Origin: an uncultured Gemmatimonadales bacterium
Lineage (GTDB): Bacteria > Gemmatimonadota > Gemmatimonadetes > Longimicrobiales > Longimicrobiaceae
Assembly: GCA_963716255.1 (NCBI GenBank)
Contig: OY970303.1
Location: 5,696,001 to 5,760,000 of the forward strand
Direction of reading: 5' to 3'
DNA: 64,000 nt
Both the position numbers and the translations under genes were made by a program. Under the pieces are notes generated by a model, which did no database searches, was not told the origin of the DNA, and saw nothing but the letters and a program-made list of their open reading frames with translations. Below are positions 56,746 through 64,000 of this stretch, in pieces (within the stretch, counting starts at the first letter, position 1; each line of letters opens with the position of its first letter).

Positions 56746-56777
56746 AAGCCCCACCCCCGCGCGCGGGGGTGGGGCTT
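56746..56777. terminator. Hairpin terminator between convergent genes
   Basis: AAGCCCCACCCCCGC / GCGGGGGTGGGGCTT. Confidence 0.7.
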
Positions 56778-56822
56778 CGTCGTGGGGCATGCAGTGTCGG
56801 CGTTCCGCCTGGCGGCGGTCGC

Positions 56823-57596
56823 TCAGCCGGCCGCCTGCGGACCCGCCCGCCCGGCCAGCAGCGTGGGCAGGCGCACGACCACTCCCGTCTCCGTAGTCTC
56901 CATCTCCCCGCCGGCCGCGGCGAAGAGCGCCGCCAGCCCCGTGCCCCCCACCTGCGGGCCCACGGCGTCGCCCTCCGGCTCCACGGCGATCGTGACGCGG
57001 CGCTCGTCGCCCGAGCAGCGCACGTCCACCCGCAGGGTGCCCGCCTCGCGCGCCGCGAGCGCCGCGCCGGCCAGCAGCGCCAGCAGGGCGTGCGCCAGGG
57101 CCGTCTCGGGGCAGAGAACCGGGAGCAGGTCGGGTGCCGTCTCCACCGCGAAGTGCACGTCGCGCGCGTCGCGGTGCTGCGCCACCAGGGCGAGCGCGTC
57201 CGGGAGCAGCTCGGACAGCCGCAGCGGGATGGGCTCCTCGCCCGGGCGGCGGGGGATCAGCGCCAGCAGCCGCAGCGTCGCCCCCAGGCGCTCCAGCTCC
57301 TCGCGCAGGGCGCGTCCCGCGTCCAGGCCGCCGGCGCCTTCCGCCCCGGCGAGCTGCACCAGCGCGCTCACGGTGCCCAGGCGGTTGTTGAGCGCGTGGT
57401 GCACCCCCGCCACCAGCCCGTCCGAGGCCGCCAGCCAGGCCTCGCCGGCCTCACCGGCAGCTCCGTCCAGACCGGAGGCTGCTTTTTCCCGGCCGGCGCC
57501 AGGGAAGTCGTCCGGATCTCCACGATGAACGCCTGATCCTTCCCACTTCACGGGAGGATCAGGCGAAAGCGGTGCTCCGTGCTCGGGCTCCATCAT
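56823..57596 (-). CDS. Degenerate histidine-kinase-like protein (start uncertain)
   Basis: H-box-like GVHHALNNRL and eroded ATPase boxes (no N-box Asn, no DxGxG). Confidence 0.6.
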   Translation of the reverse strand: MMEPEHGAPLSPDPPVKWEGSGVHRGDPDDFPGAGREKAASGLDGAAGEAGEAWLAASDGLVAGVHHALNNRLGTVSALVQLAGAEGAGGLDAGRALREELERLGATLRLLALIPRRPGEEPIPLRLSELLPDALALVAQHRDARDVHFAVETAPDLLPVLCPETALAHALLALLAGAALAAREAGTLRVDVRCSGDERRVTIAVEPEGDAVGPQVGGTGLAALFAAAGGEMETTETGVVVRLPTLLAGRAGPQAAG

Positions 57597-57600
57597 CCAC

Positions 57601-58185
57601 CTACGCAGCCAGCCAGAGTTCCTTCGCTTCGTCGGTCTTCACGTCGATCTCCTCTTTCGAGAGACCGGTGCGTGAAAGGTGGTCCTGAACGGCCACTTCC
57701 AGCTGTGCTTTCACGGCGGAAGCATCATCCATGATGCTTTCGAGGCGGGCGAGGAGCACAGCCGTCTTCTCTCGGTCCGACCGCGCGTGCTGGCATTCGA
57801 ACCCGCTCCGGTGCACGAGCCAGGCGCGCTCGGCAACCACCCGCCCGAACCTGGCTTCGAACTCTCCAGCCGGCAGGGAAAGAACACGCAGCCCGGCCAC
57901 TGACGATGCGCTCGCGACACCGCTGTCGTCCAGCAGAGAGGCGGCCAGTGCTCCGGCTTGTTCCGGAAGCTGGTATCCGGTGAGCACGAAGTACGAGAAG
58001 AGCGTGGCTTCGAGACACTGGACCTCGATCAAGGTATTGCTGATCCACGCCTGCACGTCCTGAACCGCGGAGCGCCGCAGGAGCTCCCCGCGCTCACGCA
58101 CGGTCAGCCGCCCCGCATGCCTTCCGCGTACCGCGCGCGAGAAATCATATTCGTCGCGCATCTCGGCATCACCTTCCCTCTTCAT
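57601..58185 (-). CDS. BrnA-like antitoxin with long C-terminal extension
   Basis: EMRDEYDFSRAVRGRH N-terminus; overlaps brnT. Confidence 0.65.
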   Translation of the reverse strand: MKREGDAEMRDEYDFSRAVRGRHAGRLTVRERGELLRRSAVQDVQAWISNTLIEVQCLEATLFSYFVLTGYQLPEQAGALAASLLDDSGVASASSVAGLRVLSLPAGEFEARFGRVVAERAWLVHRSGFECQHARSDREKTAVLLARLESIMDDASAVKAQLEVAVQDHLSRTGLSKEEIDVKTDEAKELWLAA

Positions 58186-58450
58186 ACGACTCCCTTTCGC
58201 GCCGGGCCGCTTCGCGAGCGCTGATGATGCGGATGGAATCCCCTCGCTCGGTGAAAACCACGACCAGAATCCGTCCGCGGTACGATCGGCCCATCAGGAT
58301 GAAGCGCTGCTCGGCCCAGGAATGGTCCAGATCCGGAATCTCACTCGCATGGACGTCGGCAAAGACCGACTCTGCTTCCGCGAACGAGACCCGGTGTTTT
58401 GCCAGGTTCCCGTCCGCCTTGTCGGGATCCCATTCGAACAGGAGTGCCAT
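58169..58450 (-). CDS. brnT: BrnT family toxin (DUF497)
   Basis: FEWDPDKADGNLAKHRVSF...EQRF...IRIISAREAARRER. Confidence 0.92.
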   Translation of the reverse strand: MALLFEWDPDKADGNLAKHRVSFAEAESVFADVHASEIPDLDHSWAEQRFILMGRSYRGRILVVVFTERGDSIRIISAREAARRERESYEEGR

Positions 58451-58707
58451 CTTCAAGATACGGAGGACAGCCGTCCAGGAGTATAACCAGTTTTACTCCG
58501 TTGAACGACAGGAGGCGTGAAACGAGTCGGCGGGATCAGGGAGACAAGACCACCTGGCGGAAAGCGCGATGTGCGATGCGCGGCGTGGATCGTTGCCTCA
58601 CCGCATGTGCCATCACCCGACGAAGCACGTATGTGGAGAACTCTGCGAGGTCTGCCGAAGGGAAGCGAAGATTCTGTGCCGAGTCACACGATTCATAGTG
58701 GAGCGCG

Positions 58708-60231
58708 TCAACCTCCCAGCTTCTCCACCAGCTTCGCCATCTCGTCCAGGTCGAACGGCTTGGTCAGGCAGGGGCGGCCGGTGGTGATCCCCTGGCTGGT
58801 GCGCGACCGCCCGATGTCGCCCGTCATCAGCGCGGTCCTCCCGCGCAGCGCCGGCGTCGCCTCCAGCTTCTCCAGCAGCTCCAGCCCGTCCCCCGGCATG
58901 CGCGCGTCCACCAGCGCCACGTCGAAGTCCCGCTCCGCGGCAAGGCGCACCGCCTCGTAGGCGTCGGCCGCCTGCGTCACCTCGTGGCCGCGGCGTGTTA
59001 GGAACAGGGAGATCGCCATGCGCAGGTTGGGCTCGTCGTCGGCCACCAGCACCTGGAGCCGCCGCTGCGGCTCCACCGCGGGGCGGCGCGCCACCCGCGG
59101 GCGCGGGGAGGGGGGCGCCCCGGCGCGGGGGAGCTGCAGGAAGAAGGCGGTGCCGCGGCCCTCGTCGCTTTCCGCCCACAGCTGGCCGCCGTGGTCGCGG
59201 ACGATCCCGGCCGAGATCCCCAGTCCCAGCCCCGTCCCCGCCGGCTTGGTCGTGTGGTACGGGTCGAAGATGTGCTCCAGGCGCTCGCGGGGGATGCCCG
59301 GCCCGTTGTCCACCACCGACAGCACCACCCCCTCCGACGACTCGCGGGTGCGGACGATCAGCAGGCGCGGGCCCGCGCGGGAGGCGAGCGCCTGCTCCGC
59401 GTTGACCACCAGGTTGAGGATCACCTGGTGGAGCGCCCCCGCCTCGCCCATGACCGGAGAGAGCGCCGTGTCGAAGTCGCGGCGCACCTCGATCCCCGCC
59501 GTCTCCAGCGCGTAGCGGTGGATGCTGAGCACCCGCTCGGAGACGGCGCTCAGGTTCACCGGCTCGCGTCCGCCCGCGCCCTGCTGCCGCGCGAAGCTGA
59601 GCAGGTCGCCCACGATCCCGGCGATGCGCGTGCTTTCCCCGATGATGATCTCCAGCGCCTCCCGCTGCGCCGAGCCGCCCGCCTCGCGCGCCAGCAGCTG
59701 GGCGAAGCTCTTGATGGAGGCGAGCGGGTTGTTGACCTCGTGCGCCACCCCGGCCGCGAGCTCCCCCACCGAGGCGAGCCGCTCCGCCTGGCGGCGCCGC
59801 TCGCGCTCGGCCACGAGCTCGCTGCGGTCCTCCACCACGACCACCCCCCAGGGCTCGCCGGCCCAGCGGCGGGAGCGGATCACAAGCCGGACGACGCGCT
59901 GCCCGCGCGCCCCGGGGAGGCGGGCCTCCGTTTCCAGCGCCATCCCCTCCGCCACCCGCGAGCGGAAGAGCTCGCCCACGCCATCGCCCTCCAGCACGGG
60001 GGCCAGCTCGCGGAAGAAGTCGCGGCCCAGGGTATCCGCCGCGCCGCGCCCGGAGAGCAGCACCTCGGAGGCGTTGACGTGGCGCACGACGCCGCGCGCG
60101 TCCAGCACCAGGACGCCCGCGGGGAGCTCGTCCACCAGCTCGCGGAGCCAGTCCAGGGCGTCGGAGATGTCGGGGACCACGGGGACGGAGATGGAAGCGG
60201 CGGAAGAGGGAGTCATGACGCGGGGAGTCAT
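58708..60231 (-). CDS. Hybrid sensor histidine kinase (PAS-HisKA-HATPase-REC)
   Basis: HEVNNPL, NLVVNA, DNGPG, GTGLGL and C-terminal VADDE...VD...KPF; start uncertain. Confidence 0.92.
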   Translation of the reverse strand: MTPRVMTPSSAASISVPVVPDISDALDWLRELVDELPAGVLVLDARGVVRHVNASEVLLSGRGAADTLGRDFFRELAPVLEGDGVGELFRSRVAEGMALETEARLPGARGQRVVRLVIRSRRWAGEPWGVVVVEDRSELVAERERRRQAERLASVGELAAGVAHEVNNPLASIKSFAQLLAREAGGSAQREALEIIIGESTRIAGIVGDLLSFARQQGAGGREPVNLSAVSERVLSIHRYALETAGIEVRRDFDTALSPVMGEAGALHQVILNLVVNAEQALASRAGPRLLIVRTRESSEGVVLSVVDNGPGIPRERLEHIFDPYHTTKPAGTGLGLGISAGIVRDHGGQLWAESDEGRGTAFFLQLPRAGAPPSPRPRVARRPAVEPQRRLQVLVADDEPNLRMAISLFLTRRGHEVTQAADAYEAVRLAAERDFDVALVDARMPGDGLELLEKLEATPALRGRTALMTGDIGRSRTSQGITTGRPCLTKPFDLDEMAKLVEKLGG

Positions 60232-60488
60232 GGAGAGCAATGAGGGCGCGGAGTGGACGAAATTATCACCGGCTCCGCTTTCCCGCAACGCATGCGCGCT
60301 ATACGCACGCTCTCAAAAGGACATCGGTCAGGAGGGCCGGGCGCCACGTCGTGCTGCGGGCACCGGGCTCTCCTGGCGGAACCCCGCCCCGCGCTCTACC
60401 ATAGGAAACGGCGCGCGCCGGACGGCCGCCGTGCCGCGCTCCCCACGATCCGTCCGTGCCTGCCGCAACTCCCTCCCGGAGACACCCC

Positions 60489-60752
60489 ATGCCCGTAGAC
60501 GTCACCGGCCTCGTCGCCACCATCGGCGGTCTCCTGATCGTCCTCATCCCCGTCGCGGGGCTCACGGCCCGCTTCGCCCTGAAGCCCATCGTGGAGGCCA
60601 TCTTCAAGGCGCGGGAGAGCCCTCGCGAGACGGCCATCCTGGAGAAGCGCGTGGCCCTCCTGGAGCAGCAGATTCGCAACATGGAGGGAAGCATGGAGCG
60701 CCTGGTGGAGGACTCCGAGTTCCGGCGGCAGCTCGAAGCGCCCCACGGCTGA
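60489..60752 (+). CDS. Small membrane-anchored coiled-coil protein
   Basis: GGAG RBS; N-terminal TM; LEKRVALLEQQI...EFRRQL. Confidence 0.75.
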   Translation: MPVDVTGLVATIGGLLIVLIPVAGLTARFALKPIVEAIFKARESPRETAILEKRVALLEQQIRNMEGSMERLVEDSEFRRQLEAPHG

Positions 60753-60962
60753 CCCGCTTCCAGCGCCCCGGACGCTCGCCCGCGGTCGCCGGGCGGACGG
60801 CGGACGAGCCCGTTTCTCCCCCGGGCGCGCCTGCCGTTCCGTCCCTTGACGGTGCAACGGCCGCGGGTGACCTTTCCTGTCTGGAAAGGCTCGCGCCGGG
60901 CTCCCCGCGCGGCGTCCGCCCGATCCACCGACCCGATCCCGGACCCCGGACACCAAGCTGAG

Positions 60963-63900
60963 ATGGCGATGGAGACGACCAGCCCGATCCGCGGCGCGGC
61001 GAGCCTCTCGGGGGCGGATGCCGCTCCTGCCGCGTCCGGGGGCCGGCCCGCCTGCGTGCACCACTTCTTCGAGGCGCAGGCGGCGCGCACCCCGCACGCC
61101 GAGGCGCTGGTGCACGGCACCGGGGCGCTCACCTACCGCGAGCTGGACGCGCGCGCCAACCGGCTGGCGCACGCCCTCCGGCGGCGCGGTGCCGGGCCGG
61201 AAGTGCGGGTGGGGATCTGCGCGGATCGCTCCGCGGACCTGGTGGTCGGGCTGCTGGGCATCCTCAAGTCCGGCGCCGCCTACGTTCCCCTCGATCCCGC
61301 CTACCCGCGCGAGCGCATCGCGCTCACGCTGGGCGACGCCCGCGCGCCGCTGGTGGTCACCCAGCAGGCGCACCTGCCGCTGCTGGAGGGGCACGGCGGC
61401 GGGGTCTTCCTCCTGGACGCCGGCCGGGCGGAGATCGACCGGGAGCCGGCGGAGGCGCCGGAGGGCGGGGCGGGGCCGGACAACCTGGCGTACGTGATCT
61501 ACACCTCCGGCTCCACCGGCACCCCCAAGGGCGTGCAGATCGAGCACCGGAGCGCGGTGGCGCTGCTGCGCTGGTGCCGCGAGGTCTACACCCCGGCCGA
61601 GTCGGCGGGCGTGCTGGGCTCCACCTCCGTGTGCTTCGACATGTCGGTGTTCGAGGTCTTCCACACCCTGGGCGTGGGGGGGACGCTCGTCCTGGCCGAG
61701 AACGCCCTGGAATTGCCGCGCATCCCCGCGCGCGACCGCGTCACCCTGGTCAACACCGTTCCCTCCGCCGCCGCCGAGCTGGTGCGCGCGGGGGGGATCC
61801 CCGCCTCGGTGCGCACCGTGAACCTGGGCGGCGAGCCGCTCCGGGACTCGCTCGCGCAGGGGCTGTACGGCCTGCCGCACGTCGAGCGGGTCTACAACCT
61901 GTACGGCCCCACCGAGGACACCACCTACTCCACCTGGCTGCGGGTGGAGCGGGGGGCGGGGCGCGAGCCCACGGTGGGGCGCCCGGTCACCGGGACCCGC
62001 GTCCACCTGCTGGACGCGGCGCTGGACGCGGTCCCCGCCGGTGGGATCGGCGAGGTGTTCCTGGCCGGCGCAGGGCTTGCCCGGGACTACCTGGGCCGCC
62101 CGGACCTCACCGCCGAGAAGTTCCTCCCCGACCCGTTCCCGGCCGAGCCGGGCGCGCGCATGTACCGCGTGGGCGACCTGGGACGCATCCTCCCGGATGG
62201 AGAGCTGGAGTACCTTGGGCGCGTGGACCACCAGGTCAAGGTACGCGGCTTCCGGGTGGAGCCGGGCGAGATCGAGGCCACGCTGGAGTCGCACCCCGCG
62301 GTGCGCGAGGCCGCCGTGGCCGCGCGCCGCGACGAGGCCGGCGGCACGCTGCTGGCCGCGTACTTCGTTCCCGCAGGCGGCGCGCCCGCGCCCGCGGAGC
62401 TGCGCGCGCACCTGCGCGAGCGGCTCCCGGAGTACATGGTCCCCTCCGCCTTCGTCGCGCTGGAGGCGCTTCCGCTGACCCTCAGCGGCAAGGTCGACCG
62501 CCGGGCGCTCCCCGCGCCCGGCCCCGCCCACTCCGACGAGGGCGCGGCGTACGCCCCGCCGCGCACCGCGACGGAGGAAGCGGTCGCCGCCATCTGGGCC
62601 GAGGTGCTGGGCGCCGGGCCGGTGGGGATCCACGAGCACTTCTTCGACCTGGGGGGCCACTCCCTGCGCGCGGCGCAGATCGTGGCCCGCCTGCGCAGCG
62701 CCTTCCGGGTGGAGCTGCCCATGGGCGCGCTCTTCGACGCGCCCACGGTCGCGGAGCTGGCCGCGCTGGTGGAGGCGGCCGCCGAGCAGGGCGCCGGGGC
62801 GCCGCCGCTGGTGCGGGTCCCGCGCGACCAGCCGCTCCCGCTCTCCCTTTCCCAGGAGGCCATCTGGTTCTTCCAGGAGCTGGCCCCGGGGATGAAGTCG
62901 TACAACTTCCAGGCGTCGTACCGCTTCCGCGGCGCGCTGGACGCCGACGCGCTGGAGCGCGCCCTCGCCGAGATCGTCCGCCGCCACGAGATCTTCCGCA
63001 CCACCTTCCACGACGCGGGCGGCAGCGCGGTCCAGGTGGTGCGCGGGACCGGCCCGCTCCACCTCCCCCGCTTCGACCTGCGCGCCCTCCCGGAGGCGGA
63101 GCGGGACGGCGCCGTGGAGCGGCACATGGCCGACGAGCTCGGCGCCCCCTTCCAGCTGGACCGTCTGCCGCTGATCCGCTGGCGCCTGCTGCGTCTTGCC
63201 GACGACGAGCACCTGCTCCTGCAGGTGGAGCACCACTTCGTGCACGACGGCTGGTCGTTCGGAGTCTTCCTGCGCGAGCTGGTCACCCTGTACTCCGCCT
63301 TCACGCAGGGGCGCCCGTCGCCGCTCCCCGAGCCGCCGGTGCAGTTCGCCGACTTCGCCGTCTGGCACCGCCGGCTGATGGAGGGGGAGCGCGCCCGGGC
63401 GGACCTGGCGTACTGGAAGGAGGCGCTCGCCGGCGCCGACCCGGTGCTGGAGCTCCCCACCGACCGTCCTCGCCCGGCCGTCCTGAGCTTCCGCGGGGCC
63501 TCGCTGCGCGCGCGGATGCCCGCGGACACCGCGCTGGCGGCGCGGGCGTTCTGCCGGGAAAGCGGCGCCACGCTGTACATGACGCTGCTCGCCGCCTTCG
63601 AGGCGCTGATGGGGCGCTACAGCGGCCAGGAGGACTTCTGCGTGGGCGGCGGCGTCGCCAACCGGAGCTGGAAGGAGACCGAGGAGCTGATCGGGATGGT
63701 CGTGGGCACCATCGCCCACCGCGTCCGGCTGGACCGCGTCCGCACCTTCCGCGAGCTGGTCGCGCAGGTCCGCGACACCGCCCGCGAGGCGTACGCGCAC
63801 AAGGACGTGCACTTCGGGCAGGTGGTGGAGGCCGTCGCGCCCGAGCGCACCCTCAGCCGGCTTCCCATCTACCAGGTCGCCTTCAGCTTCCACGACTCGC

Positions 63901-64000
63901 CGTACCCGGACTTCCGGCTCCCCGGCGTGGAGATGGAGCTGACCGAGGCGCTCGGCAACGGCTCCGCCAAGTTCGACTTCCAGGTGATCCTGATGCCCCG
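60963..64000 (+). CDS. Non-ribosomal peptide synthetase (A-PCP-C..., runs off window)
   Basis: Absent from the ORF track; frame gives YVIYTSGSTGTPKGV, NLYGPTEDT, YRVGDL, FFDLGGHSL and EHHFVHDGWS. Confidence 0.95.
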   Translation, partial: MAMETTSPIRGAASLSGADAAPAASGGRPACVHHFFEAQAARTPHAEALVHGTGALTYRELDARANRLAHALRRRGAGPEVRVGICADRSADLVVGLLGILKSGAAYVPLDPAYPRERIALTLGDARAPLVVTQQAHLPLLEGHGGGVFLLDAGRAEIDREPAEAPEGGAGPDNLAYVIYTSGSTGTPKGVQIEHRSAVALLRWCREVYTPAESAGVLGSTSVCFDMSVFEVFHTLGVGGTLVLAENALELPRIPARDRVTLVNTVPSAAAELVRAGGIPASVRTVNLGGEPLRDSLAQGLYGLPHVERVYNLYGPTEDTTYSTWLRVERGAGREPTVGRPVTGTRVHLLDAALDAVPAGGIGEVFLAGAGLARDYLGRPDLTAEKFLPDPFPAEPGARMYRVGDLGRILPDGELEYLGRVDHQVKVRGFRVEPGEIEATLESHPAVREAAVAARRDEAGGTLLAAYFVPAGGAPAPAELRAHLRERLPEYMVPSAFVALEALPLTLSGKVDRRALPAPGPAHSDEGAAYAPPRTATEEAVAAIWAEVLGAGPVGIHEHFFDLGGHSLRAAQIVARLRSAFRVELPMGALFDAPTVAELAALVEAAAEQGAGAPPLVRVPRDQPLPLSLSQEAIWFFQELAPGMKSYNFQASYRFRGALDADALERALAEIVRRHEIFRTTFHDAGGSAVQVVRGTGPLHLPRFDLRALPEAERDGAVERHMADELGAPFQLDRLPLIRWRLLRLADDEHLLLQVEHHFVHDGWSFGVFLRELVTLYSAFTQGRPSPLPEPPVQFADFAVWHRRLMEGERARADLAYWKEALAGADPVLELPTDRPRPAVLSFRGASLRARMPADTALAARAFCRESGATLYMTLLAAFEALMGRYSGQEDFCVGGGVANRSWKETEELIGMVVGTIAHRVRLDRVRTFRELVAQVRDTAREAYAHKDVHFGQVVEAVAPERTLSRLPIYQVAFSFHDSPYPDFRLPGVEMELTEALGNGSAKFDFQVILMP

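Noticed and set aside
1..64000. tRNA, rRNA, transposase, integrase or prophage genes
   Set aside because: None recognised on either strand.

Overview
A very GC-rich bacterial window. The gene repertoire (PadR plus duplicated orphan permease, DUF5715, DUF885, many small lipoproteins) suggests Gemmatimonadota or a similar lineage; this is an inference. It holds about 70 CDSs: mostly housekeeping and accessory enzymes, scattered flagellar regulators (flgM-like and FlgN/FliT-like genes with sigma-28 promoters, fliA, a CheY-like receiver), two toxin-antitoxin pairs, an ECF sigma operon, and the start of an NRPS that runs off the right edge. Four signals stand out. (1) A TPR protein converges on a 68-aa secreted pro-peptide ending RGTNTFGSGN, next to an AraC-type regulator: a candidate RRNPP-like peptide-signalling module with a compositional shift inside the receptor gene. 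(2) Two families of intergenic structured repeats (9 full plus 1 deleted copy, and 3 copies) have freely co-varying stems around a conserved A(A/T)AC(A/T)RC loop; family A sits preferentially just after stop codons on the sense strand. (3) A 1233-aa protein fuses DUF4332-like, degenerate amidase, carboxypeptidase-regulatory-like and DUF3370-like domains. (4) A near-consensus sigma-70 promoter with a palindromic operator lies before a GIY-YIG/DUF2239 operon. All product calls come from motif recognition by eye; no searches were run.
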